A stretch of DNA of 61,749 nt, counting the filler, from Gonapodya sp. JEL0774 (Eukaryota), in NCBI GenBank assembly GCA_027604505.1. It is 23 parts of 23 records of this genome, joined end to end, with 100 filler letters (N's around TTAATTAATTAA, not from the genome) between each part and the next. Parts side by side here need not be neighbours in the genome. Positions count along the whole stretch, not along the records: positions 35,088 to 37,669 come from JADIIX010001824.1; positions 37,770 to 40,350 come from JADIIX010001825.1; positions 40,451 to 43,031 come from JADIIX010001826.1; positions 43,132 to 45,707 come from JADIIX010001827.1; positions 45,808 to 48,383 come from JADIIX010001828.1; 18 more parts are not named here. One strand, written 5' to 3'. The position numbers were made by a program, and so were the translations under genes. The notes under the pieces were generated by a model. The model had not been told where the DNA came from, made no database searches, and saw nothing but the letters and a program-made list of their open reading frames with translations. Position 1 is the first letter of the stretch. Every line of letters starts with the position of its first letter. This document shows positions 36,489 through 48,483 of the stretch, piece after piece.

Positions 36489-37669
36489 GTGACCAGGAAA
36501 CCCACCACAACCACTACACACTTTCCCAAAGATTTGTCCGACCTCGAGGTATTCCGACCACCCACAGCGGAAGGCGACGACGATGGGTGGTTTCCATTGC
36601 GCGATCTTCGTCGTTTCTTGTCGAAGCCTTTCTCGGAGCACGTGACCGATACCACCAGTGCCGTACAGACTGTGTTCCCTGTTCTGGGATGGTTGAGGGT
36701 GTACCTGGCCGAACAATGGAGGTGAGAAGAGCAGTTTAGGTTGCCTATGTGGTTTTTCTCGCGGTGTGGATGACTGTTTACTGTCTTCGTCGTGCTTAAA
36801 GACAGTACCTCCTGCGCGACATTGGGGCGGGCTTGGGGATCGGGGTGATGATTGTTCCACAATGTTTGGTGAGAATCTTTCAACCAGCACTGAGTTTTTG
36901 CCTAATTCGTAGTTGTGTTTTATCTGATGGGCCTGGTCACCGGTTTCCACAATACCAGGCGTATGCGTCACTGGCAGGGTTACCGCCCATATATGGCCTG
37001 TACTCTGTGATATGTACGCAATCTCTGGGAGTACTTTCGAAAGTGCATGAACAGGACCTAACGAAGCTCATTCATTTCAGTGCCGAAAGTCGTTTACTTT
37101 CTGATGGGAACATCTCACGAGATGTCCCTCGGGCCTGTCGCTGTAAAGTATGGTTACTCTTCTAACTGGTGAACTCGCTGTTCAGCGTTCATTTTTGTCC
37201 GTTCGCCTGTATTTGCCCGTTCAAGCTCCCTTCTTCTGGCCTCAACCCTCCACTCCTTGATCGATCCCTCGGACACCGTGGCGTACACCTCCGCTGCCAT
37301 CACCATCGGATTTCTGACGGGCGTTGTCTTGTTCCTGATGTGGCTCTTTCGAATAGGATACTTTATGAGTTTTGTATCCCCAGCGGTGATGACGGTAGAC
37401 CTTCTTTCCTTTTTGAACCACTGTTCGAGCATCGCGCGTCCCTAATATTGACTCCAAACCTACAACCTCCAGGGATTTATTGCTGCCACCGAAATTCTCA
37501 TAGCTTTCTCGCAACTTGAGACCCTCCTCGGTTACCACACAGAGTACTCTGAGTTTGTTGTGCCCAAGCTCATCAACACGTTGAAATCCATTACAAGCAC
37601 CAAACCACTCGCCATAGCCGTCGGATTCGGTACCATAGCTCTCCTCGAAATACACTCGAGGCTACAGAA
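36489..37669 (+). CDS. SulP/SLC26 sulfate/anion permease, partial (start uncertain, 3' truncated)
   Basis: [74 protein letters not shown]. Confidence 0.9.
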
Positions 37670-37986
37670 NNNNNNNNNNNNNNNNNNNNNNNNNNNNNNN
37701 NNNNNNNNNNNNNTTAATTAATTAANNNNNNNNNNNNNNNNNNNNNNNNNNNNNNNNNNNNNNNNNNNNGGGAGGTGCAATGAAGTCTGGTTCCTTGAGC
37801 ATTTGGCGTACACAATTGCCATTAAATAACCCGGCGCCAACACATTCGATTATTCTATGTGAATTGGACTGTCTCAAAGCTAGCCCGGATCCTCAGCTCG
37901 GAGATATTTGATGCCGGAGTGCTGCCCATCTACACTACCTACGTCTCACGATGAAATGTGGGATCATCCTCTTTCCCTCACCTCAG

Positions 37987-38450
37987 CCCTCTCATCTATG
38001 GCTCTCCCTCCTTGTCACCTTCTCTGCCAGTTCTTCGTCTCCACCCCCACCGCCTTGCACCGCATCCCCACACTCTCCTGCCTCCTCTACCAACGCTCCG
38101 CTGACCTCGGCCTCGGGGTACCCTTCAACATCGCCTCGTATGCGTTGCTCGTCCGCATGGTCTGCTGGGCCACGGGACTGCTACCCGGTGAACTGGTGGT
38201 CCAACTGGGTGACGCCCACGTGTACACAAACCACGTGACCGCGTTGAAGGTGCAGCTCGAGCGAACTCCCATGACGTTCCCCACACTCAAGTTTGCGCGA
38301 CCTGGACGAGCGTACAGGGAGCCCAGTGATGGTATCACCGACGCAGAGGTCGACGCTATGGTCAGGGAGATCGAAAGGGTGACGTGGGAGGACGTGGTGG
38401 TAGAGGGGTATAAGCCGATGGGCGGCGTGAAGATGGAGATGGCTGTGTGA
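37987..38450 (+). CDS. CDC21: Thymidylate synthase, last exon
   Basis: MALPPCH (catalytic Cys), LYQRSADLGLGVPFNIASYALL, GDAHVYTNH, C-terminal MEMAV*. Confidence 0.95.
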
Positions 38451-41400
38451 ATGCTGGGCAGATGGAATATGCGGACGCTATTGTTCGGACTTTCATGCGA
38501 ATTGGATAAAGGATATGGAACGTTAACGGCTTGGTCCATTGGCGGATCATGCAAAGAGATTTGGTTAATTTCAACAAAGTGCTTGGTTTGTGCGGGAAAC
38601 TCGTTCAAAAGCATAATAGAGTGCAGGCTCTCTGGCTATACTGCCATTCTTTGGATGTTGGTTCCATGGACGCTACACGTGTCTCTGAAGGGCGATCTCC
38701 TCAGTTCAATTTTATTTTGTTCTTCAAAAACTACTCAGTGAGCCTTTTGAACGACTGTGGTCCGCTTCTGTACAACGAGTGATTAGTGAAATTTTGGCCT
38801 GTACTAGCGTCTGACAGCACACAGCTGACATCACTGTTCAAATTCAAAGGCAAAATTGGAGCTCCTGCAGGTGGGATTGATCTCTTAGTAAATAATGCGC
38901 AGATTTTATTTCCGTGATGCCGTCAGAGATGAGCGGTTGAATCGAAAATTTGGTTTTGACCAGCGTTTTGTGATTTCATTGAGGGATTCCACACATATGC
39001 ACAAAAGCGGGATGCGAGTTTTGATCTCATCTTTGATAACTTGATCAAGTATTGTGATTGGATCAACAAAACACAAAGCGAGAAGACAACGAGCAGGATC
39101 ATCTGGAAAGAGAGTTCTTCCCTTGACACACATTCCTTATAAGCGATCATATAATCGACTGTCCAATCTCACTTGTCCTCAGTGGAGGGGCAAGACCAGT
39201 GAACCCACGTCCCAGGCTTGGAGTGGGTGACGAACCCTAGTTCTAATCAGCCGTGCTATGATAAAAAAAATTCCCAATCAAGTATCTCAGAGCAAAGTTA
39301 AACCTGATCATCTCAACTTAGTATCTCCAACCGCCTGACCCAGCACATACTTGGTTGTGGACACCACCGAGCAAAACTTCCAAGATTGGGATGATTGATC
39401 ATGAGAACCACATCAAATACAAACGTCATGTATGGGAGCAAAATAAAGTTTTTGTTTGAGGCGCTACAACGGGCCAAATTATGTGTGTGCAACAGCGCAT
39501 TGATGGAGAATTGTGATCTGTTGTGCATGTTTTGGGTTCGTGCTTGAGCATGACGTCTGTCCAAAGAGACAAAAACTAGTCCCACGCAAAGAGAACAAAT
39601 TTGGAACAATTAGGAGCCCTCATGGCGTTTTACCAATAGCACGACTGATGGCTGAGTGAACCACCATCGAAACATTGCCATCTGACACAATCTTCATGGA
39701 CAGATAGCAAAGTAACGTAAAAATATCAAAACAACGAATTGCACTGAGCAACTTGTCGGTGCTGGCTGCTGACTGATAAGCCAAATGCGCCCGAGTGTGG
39801 AAGTCAGATGAGTAACTCCATCACGCCAGTATATCCATATACACATGCAGAGCAAGGTGCGATCTTTTGACGATAAGTGTGGACTGTGTTCAAACAGTAC
39901 AAAACTACGATGACGTCAGCATCAATGTAAGCCAACTACGATCAGCAAAAGCTCAAAGGGACAATGAGATCATAATCGGAATATGAGGAAGAGCCAAAGG
40001 CACAATGAGAAATGATGGGAGGTGCTTCTCTGAGTTCTGATCCAATGGAGTGCGTGCGGGCGGGAATCGCTCCTTTTGTTCTGCTGCCAATCTGCGAGCA
40101 AAAGGGCGCAAAAGATGACTGATCAAAACACTATGAAACTACCAAGAGGACGAAGCTGGAGGATTTGACGTCATGTTGTTCCACGTTTGTGGCTGACTTT
40201 AGTGTGAAGAAATTGTGAAGAAGCGGAGCCGCGCCGCAAAGAAATTCGATGCCAAAGAAAAGGGATTTTGCAATGACATCTTGTGGATATGCTCTTAGAA
40301 GAATACTTTCCATATTTCATGGCTGTGGTTTATTATGCCATCCAGCTGCGNNNNNNNNNNNNNNNNNNNNNNNNNNNNNNNNNNNNNNNNNNNNTTAATT
40401 AATTAANNNNNNNNNNNNNNNNNNNNNNNNNNNNNNNNNNNNNNNNNNNNTCTGCAAGCTATTCCGTTGCCCTGGGCAGAGGAGGTAATCCGAGCTTGTC
40501 GATCGGTGTTTTCACCAGCGGAGAATCCGGTAAGGCCGCTCGATCATCGTCCCCGAGAGAGTATCTCGTCTCCCCGATATGAGTTTCTGGTATGCGTATG
40601 TGGTTTCGCCGATGGAGAGGATGAAGGAAACCGTCATTGGTTGGCGATGGACCCAGATGGTGGGGTCTATTGCTTAGTTGCGCACAACTCATAGACGTTG
40701 GAGTATCGGTTTGCAGAAACGAAATATTGACTTTCTCTGAAGACATGAATATTGTAATGCTTCAATTGCACTGTAATTCCGGCTTTTATGCTCGATGAGG
40801 TCTGTTTTATGTGCACCACGAAACACGCCTGGTGCTTTCGTCAGCATGACGACAATTCAGTGGAAGCGCCTGGAACCTGCTCGAATAGCCTGGAGGAGTC
40901 GCGCAATTACATCCCACCGACATGAAATTCTCACTAGTCCACATATACTCCGAGAAGAAAAAATGTATCGAAACGCACCTGTCCAACAGACCGTGATGTT
41001 TGACGCGGCAAGCTCTTAAGCACGGCTCCATGATTTATGGAGCACATCGGCAGAAGAAGGATCGATTAGCCTTCTGTGATGTATTTATGTTGGAAACTGC
41101 TACATTATTCACTTTGGCTTGATACAATGCGTGACCTGCGCGAGATCTCGGCAAGCAAAATGCAAAACGTAATTCCTCTGAAACGACCTCTTTCCAGGGA
41201 GAGAACAAGGTTGTGTGGATCCTTCAGCTGATTACCACTTTTGAAATGCTTATTCTAAGAGAGAAGATCGCAGTTTTGTACCGTCCAACGGACTCACCCT
41301 CCTCCTTGCGGCCACCTCTGGCCCTCTCGGTACTGCGAGGGCTCTCGGGCGAGCTATCGCTGCTCCCAGAAGCATTCCTGTAGCGATGGCTGGACGGCGA

Positions 41401-42149
41401 TAGCATTTCCGTGCCAGAAGATTGTACTCATACAACTCCTGATCACAGCAAGACTTGTGCAGATCGGATCATGCAAGTCCTCCCCTCCGGCCCCAGTGTT
41501 GGGGTGAGCTTGGGGAACTGGAGCTGGTTTCGGAGCCTCTTGCATAATTATTGTTGTGTGAGTGGCTGCTAAACAAAATGACGAGGCGCCATTGAGTACG
41601 GATTAATGGAAAACACAAGGTGTCAACTCTGATGAAGCATTGAAGCACGCACGTACCTGGCTGATTCTGAGTAGGAACATTGTTTTGACCTTGTGGAGGA
41701 GGTGGTGGTTGAACTCTGAGTGAGGCTTTCGGATCAGACCAGGTGGTCTCTCCAGTTCTCTTGTTGGCTGATTGAGACTACCGATCATCTCCACGAACTC
41801 ACAAGAAATAACTCGCAGAAATACATCTTGCTTGTTGCTGGATCGTGGATCGCCACCCAGTCGGGAGGAAGCGCGTTCGGATCGGACTCCGTCAGGTGAG
41901 GGGATGGCAGGATGAAGGTCGGTGGTTGCGACATGATGGAGAAAAGTGTATCGTGAATGCTTAGTAATAACTTGCATCTAAACCAAAAGCGTCGTGAGTG
42001 AGGTGAGTCGAAAAGGATGACTCTTCAGAAAAACTTGTCATCCGGCCTCAGATTCCCCGACGCCACACACAACACTCACGTGGCATGCCACACGTTTACT
42101 TGAGCTGGGCGAAAAAGCAAATCTTTTGCGAGAGAGTGCGAGAAACATC

Positions 42150-43031
42150 ATGCGTACTCTGACGGGCGTATCCTCGAAATGGAACGTGGAACCTGCCCCG
42201 TTCGCGAAAGGCGGTTTCTCCACAGTGCGACGCGCCGTGGAAGTCCAGACGGGCAAAAGAGTGAGATCAAGTTCCTTTCCTCTTTCGCTTAGCCTCTCAC
42301 TGAATTGACTCATTGCAATAACCTCTCAGGCAATCGCGAAATCGACTTGTCTCACCCCAGATCATACGCGTGGTGGCAGGTTCAATAGCAGTCGTACATC
42401 ACACCGACTCTTGATACTGCGGGAGGTACATTTCGAACTTTTGCCCCTGCGTGATCACTGCATTCTAAGACAATACGTTGTGCGACAGCTTTGCACCCTC
42501 GCTTATCTATCCACCGCCCCTCACCCCGCTATCATTGGGGTACACGACTTCGTTCAGATGCCCCATCATCTGATTCTTTTCCAGGAAGAGGCCAAGGGAG
42601 TGGAATTAGTCGATTTTGTTAGAGTAAGAATGCTTGGCACTTTCAAACAAAGGTGACGTCATTACCGTCCGCTTCCATAATGCTGGCCCCATCGGACAGA
42701 CATTTCCGAATAATCATGTCCCCGCTCCGGTGGCGCGAATCATCATGTTTCAAGTGTTGTCAGCGCTCTCTCATCTCCATGCCTGTCACGTATTGCACCG
42801 TGATGTAAAGGTGTGCGATCTCGATTTTCAGCGCATATCTGAAGTTTAGGCACCGACAAATATCTTCTCATTAAACCAGCTTGACAACATTGTGGTTGAT
42901 CCACTCACTCTCTGGATCAAACTCATTGATTTCAACCTTTCGGGCTTTCGAGGACCGGACGGCTGCCCTGGTGAAAGCGTCGGATGTATCCAATACGCTA
43001 GTCCTGATTTGGTTCTTAACGCTGTATCAAG
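42150..43031 (+). CDS. CAMK-like Ser/Thr protein kinase with DFN motif, 3' truncated
   Basis: AKGGFSTVRRA; AIAK; LILRE; HPAII; VLHRDVKLDNIVVD; KLIDFNL; GCIQYASPD. Confidence 0.85.
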
Positions 43032-43144
43032 NNNNNNNNNNNNNNNNNNNNNNNNNNNNNNNNNNNNNNNNNNNNTTAATTAATTAANNNNNNNNNNNNN
43101 NNNNNNNNNNNNNNNNNNNNNNNNNNNNNNNATCGCATAAGGCC

Positions 43145-45288
43145 ATGGCACCTGATGTTTCCCACACCGAGTTGCCCGTGAATGGTCACAATGGCAGTGC
43201 TCCAGTCACGCAAAATGGGCACGCTCATGCTCAGACAAGTTTCATTGTCAACTCTCCAAACGTTCAGTACTCTGAGAATGAGATTTTGTCAGAGTACACG
43301 TACCAGAACAGTCTGGTGGAAACAGGCCCAGACGGATCTCTCCGTGTTACGCCCACTGCGACTGTGTACAACTTCAAGGTAGAAAGGAAAGTGCCCAAGC
43401 TCGGTCTCATGATGGTGGGATGGGGCGGGAACGTTAGTAAAGTCAATGAGAATATCATTCGCAAATTCAACTATTCACATCATCGCTGCACTAACATTTA
43501 CAGAACGGCTCCACGGTGACGGCTGCCATCATCGCCAACCGCGCCAAGCTCTCCTTCCGCACCAAACAGGGCATCCAGCCGTCGACTTACTTCGGCTCTA
43601 TTACGCAAGCCTCTACACTCAAGCTGGGAGTTGACTCCAAGGGCGCCGAGATCCACGTTCCGCTTTCCTCGATGCTGCCGATGGTCCACCCCAACGACCT
43701 CGTACTGGGCGGGTGGGACATTTCCGGCATGGACCTCGCGCACGCCATGGAACGAGCGCAAGTTTTGGAACCGGATTTGCAAAGGCAGGTCTGGGACGAG
43801 ATGGAGACGCTCAAGCCGTTGCCAGGTGTCTACTTCCCGGACTTTGTGGCCGCCAACCAAGAGGAGAGGGCAGACAACGTGCTCAAGGGAACCAAGCAAG
43901 AGCAGTTGGAGCAGATCAGAAAGGATATTCGGTGGGTCGCGATTGCTGCAGGAAGCGATCCAGATTTATGGTACTGAGTGCTGCCTTTGACAGTGAATTC
44001 AAGGAATCCAAGGGAGTCGATAAGATTGTCGTCGTCTGGACTGCGACTACTGAGCGGTACTCTGACGTAAGTCAGCTGATATCAACTCGCTGATATCAAC
44101 TCACACCCTAATACCTAACCATACACAATGGACCGTCCGATCCTTATGACCCCCATAGATCATCCAGGGCGTCAACGACACCGCCGAATCCCTCCTCCAC
44201 TCCCTCTCAGTCTCCCACCCCGAAGTGAGCCCCTCGACGCTCTTTGCCGTGGCCTCCATCCTCGAAGGCGTTCCCTTCATCAACGGCGCGCCGCAAAACA
44301 CTCTAGTGCCGGGTGCTATCAAGCTCGCGGAGCAAAAGGGGGTCTACGTTGGAGGAGACGATTTTAAGAGTGGGCAGACGAAGCTGAAGAGCGTCCTCGT
44401 GGATTTCTTGGTCGGGGCAGGCATCAAGCCGTTGGGGATCACCAGTTACAATCATTTGGGTGAGTCTTTCGCTTTGTAAGTCCTTTTACAAATGATTCCG
44501 TATTTAAATAGTCGCTGTTCCTTCTACACATACTTAGGTAACAACGACGGCCGCAACCTTTCGGCTCCGATGCAGTTCCGGTCCAAAGAAATCTCGAAGT
44601 CCAACGTTGTCGGTGGGTTCTTGCTCCAGCGCATTTTCTTTTGACGCTCGTCGTAACTCGCCCTTATCCAGACGACATGGTCGCCTCCAACTCGATTCTG
44701 TACAAAAAGGGCGAACACCCGGACCACACGGTTGTCATCAAGTACGTTCCGAGTGTCGGGGACGGCAAAAGGGCGTTGGATGAATACTACTCGGAGATTT
44801 TCATGGGGTGAGTATCCTTGTTTTTTGTCACAGGCTGCACTCTCATATCAGTATTGACATCAAACGCTCAACTTCCGCACCATCCTTATCATCAGCGGCC
44901 GCTCCGTCATCTCCGTCTACAACGTCTGCGAAGACTCCCTTCTTGCAAGCCCCCTCATCTTGGACTTGGCCATCCTCACCGAACTCATGACCAGGATCAC
45001 GTACCGCGTTCCTGCGGACCACGACGATTTCCGCCCGTTCCACTCGGTGCTGAGCATTCTGAGCTACATGCTCAAGGCACCCGTTGTCCCAGAGGGAACT
45101 CCCATCGTGAACGCTTTGGCGAGACAGAGGAGCGCAATTGAGAACTTGTTCAGAGCATGTTTGGCGTTGGTGAGTAGCAGCTGAAAGAGGGGTCTACCAG
45201 TTCATGTAGTGTGAGAAATACTAATCGGCTCTTATTTTTGCAGCCACCCAACAATGAGATGCTCCTTGAGCACAAGGCCTTCCACTGA
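43145..45288 (+). CDS. INO1: myo-inositol-1-phosphate synthase, complete multi-exon gene
   Basis: [80 protein letters not shown]; stop at 45286-45288. Confidence 0.97.
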
Positions 45289-46019
45289 GTGCTTTGATTA
45301 CCGGGTGATCAACAGTCAATCAGCAAATTAGGAAGTGGTTAGGGCAGAAAAGCATTATCAACCGTAGTAGTAGAAGTAGTCCCAAGAGAATCGAGATTTT
45401 CACATGATTTCATGGTCCTTGCTTCAAGAGTAGCGTACCACATATTCGACAAATGTTCCCTTGCACGGACCACCTTTTCTGCCCCAAGTCTCTCGACTGC
45501 AGCCGACACCAACGATGTTCGCCAGACTCGCACAGCCTCTTCGTTCTGTTGTGCGTAAAAACCTCGTTCATGCGTGCGAAAGCTGCTCTCTGTTCACCAT
45601 TTTAACAACACCTGGTGTTCAAAACTCCCGCGATTTCTCATCTCGCATCACGTTCGCTTCTTCTTTCCATCAACTATTCTCCGTGGAATTGCAGGCCTCC
45701 GGCGTTGNNNNNNNNNNNNNNNNNNNNNNNNNNNNNNNNNNNNNNNNNNNNTTAATTAATTAANNNNNNNNNNNNNNNNNNNNNNNNNNNNNNNNNNNNN
45801 NNNNNNNGCGAAATAAAACCAGGAAAGGTCACACGAGGAATAGCTAGTAGCAAAGAACTGCACAGCTATGTGAACAACTGTTGTCTGTCAGGTGATAATA
45901 CCCCTAATGAATGCTCTTGCGCGAGGTGCCGCAACATCGGAGAATGCAACCGGATTTGATCCCCTTATAACAGACCCAGCACAAAGCAACATGATGGAGA
46001 TGAACCAGCGCGAACTCAC

Positions 46020-46455
46020 GAGAGACTGAGAACCCGAACCGACCTGGATACCGATCGAATAGAAGTTTTAGGAGAGTGCTTTTGCCACATCCAGAGGGAC
46101 CCGAGATTACAAGAGGGGGTTTTGGTACTGTCGTGGCGACCCAGAAAGTAAGCGGTGAATTCGAAGGGTTCCGGATGGCGATGGTCGAAGAGATTGAACG
46201 TCCGTTAGATGAACAGAACAGACGAACAGCATCAATCCGCCAGCACGGATGACCAGGCGTCAAGGATCGTTGTGCAATATTCAATCGTTTCAATGATCCC
46301 CACGATTCGCGTTGAATGTTGTTGAATACAAAGCAAAGACGCGGGCAACACCGTTGAGGTGACGAGAACCCACCAGGAGATTCCGAGCCGCCCTTGGTTG
46401 CCTCCGTTGCACTGTTCATCTTTGTGTCTCCTTCCCGTACAGTTGATTCGGCCAT
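46020..46455 (-). CDS. GUK1: Guanylate kinase, 5' part (start uncertain)
   Basis: PLVISGPSGCGKSTLLKLLFDRYPGRFGFSVS followed by a GTGAGT donor. Confidence 0.85.
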
Positions 46456-46556
46456 TGCGTGTTCAGTTGGAATTGCAGTCACAAATTTGCACTGTTGACC
46501 AAATACGTCTCCTCTCTGAAGTGAGAAAATCTTCACTTCTTCTCATCACCAACAAA

Positions 46557-47438
46557 ATGTCCGCTAAAGGAGCTGTCTTTCTGCGCGAAACTCTACACGT
46601 GGAAACGCTCGACAAAGATGGAAAGAAGTTCGACCGAGGTGGGTGGATCTGAAGGGACTCTATATGGAGCAAGAAAACCCGAACAGCCGTCTCGACTTTG
46701 GCGCCCATTTGCCACTTCTAAGGCCTCACCATTCAACTTCTCTCACGACAGTATCGCGAATAGCTGGTCGAACGAAGGACTCGGACCTGGACGTCGTGAT
46801 TGATATCAACACCGAGATATACCCGGTCAAAGCAGGCGAGGACTTCTCAATTGCCCTCACGCACTCCCTCGTTGCCACGGGCAGTGTCGGGGCAGGGTCA
46901 TCACTCGCATCGGACCCGTCGCAGCTCTGGAGAGAAGTCGGGAAGCCCGACAAGAAGACTCTTGCAGATGACTATGATTATGTGATGAATGGCCGCGTTT
47001 TCAAATTTGAGGACGCTGGAAGGGACAGAGTGTGAGTTTTCAACCTCTTCACGGGAGAAATGATGGCTCGAGGATGCTCAGCGCACCAGTCCTGTGGGGT
47101 GGCGCTGCTGAATTCATACATACCAATCGTTGGACAGCAGGGAAGGTTGTCAGCAACTCACCATTCACTCTAAGTGTACCTAGCTTGTGCGAGCGATATG
47201 GAAGAGGAAGTCAACACAACACCCTGCAGGTGGAGACTAACATGTTTGGAGTTTGATTTATTCTGCACTACTTGGTACTACCTCGCAAACCTCACCTGTC
47301 ACCACGGACCTATGAAAACTTCCTAGCTCCCTTCTCATCTCCTATGGTGGTCTTCTGATGTCCATCGAAGGCCCCCCTCGGTACTTCTCAGGCGTCACTA
47401 AAGGACAGAGTGTTTACTTGATGATGAGGAAGGCATGA
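46557..47438 (+). CDS. RPB8: RNA polymerase I/II/III shared subunit RPABC3
   Basis: DKDGKKFDR-VSRI...DINTEIYP...LADDYDYVMNGRVFKFE...SYGGLLM...VYLMMRK; two introns. Confidence 0.95.
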
Positions 47439-47672
47439 TGGGGAGCTGCTGTTCCCGACATTTGGAGTAGCTAGCTTTGCAAGGACTCAGGTCATTGACC
47501 GTGTATTGCCAATTTCTTTGTTCTAATTAAATCTATACCCCAAACAACACAAGTTCTCCATGTTCCCCATTCCCCGTATTCGCCACGAATGTGCCACCAA
47601 CAGCAGCCACTCCTGGAAACGGTCACCATACACTCGTCCATTCATGCATTACCAGGACGCAAATATGGACCC

Positions 47673-48383
47673 TTAGACCTCCACTCCCACCTCACTCAAG
47701 GCCTCATCCAACAAATCCACGCATTCAACAAATTTCCTCCACCTTTCTAGCTTCTGTCCATCCACCAACTTTTCCTCGATCCAATCACCTTCCTTGATCG
47801 CACCCTGTTTGATCCCCTCCATCACTGTGTCCCATTGAGCTTCGTCCACACCGAATCTGCGGCCAATAAAGTAGCGAAGCTCATCTACAAGTGGGATGGA
47901 GTCAAGGAGTTGTCGGTCACGGACCCAGGATGCGGAGGAGAGGACGGTGCGAAGAAATTGGGGCCGTGTGGAGTTTGAGAGGTACGATTCGATATCCTGA
48001 GATGATCGGCAGTGGTTGTAACAATGTAAGGAGATTGACGATCGTGATGAGGTCGAACCGTCTGACGCAAATCTGAGACCAAAATGGACACGTACTGTGG
48101 CGATGGTCTTGACACACCATGTCTCAAGCTTTGGCAATTTATACTCAACGGACGCTGAGTAGATCTCCAAGTAATCTGCGGTAGTGAAACATCGAGGTTT
48201 CTTTCAGTACATTTAGTGGGAGTTTGCTACTGGTGATCTGCAATCGAGCTCACCCATTGGTCCCCAAGCACCCGCCTTAGATATGACAAAATTCGAGATC
48301 GCAGTTTTCAGTCGCTCGAGAAGCAGCATGTCCGCGGCAGACATGACTTGCAGCACGATGTCTTCCTGGGCAGATTGGTCGCG
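47673..48383 (-). CDS. Ankyrin/BTB-POZ protein (ABTB1/Btb3-like), 3' end
   Basis: AADMLLLERLK; YKLPKLETWC; SASWVRDRQLLDSIPLVDELRYFI, resembling the ABTB1 C-terminal motif. Confidence 0.72.
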
Positions 48384-48483
48384 NNNNNNNNNNNNNNNNN
48401 NNNNNNNNNNNNNNNNNNNNNNNNNNNTTAATTAATTAANNNNNNNNNNNNNNNNNNNNNNNNNNNNNNNNNNNNNNNNNNNN

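Noticed and set aside
38900..40350. AT-richer region with short minus-strand ORFs
   Set aside because: Looks like decayed coding or repeat sequence, but no motif was recognised.
44075..44102. 14-nt duplication GCTGATATCAACTC in an INO1 intron
   Set aside because: Simple slippage-type duplication with no evidence of function.
44808..44825. GTATCCTT as a U12-type splice donor in INO1
   Set aside because: The in-frame junction uses the upstream GTGAGT U2-type donor; the motif is incidental.
45515..45707. MFARLAQPLRSV... start of a mitochondrial protein
   Set aside because: Plausible presequence, but truncated too early to identify.
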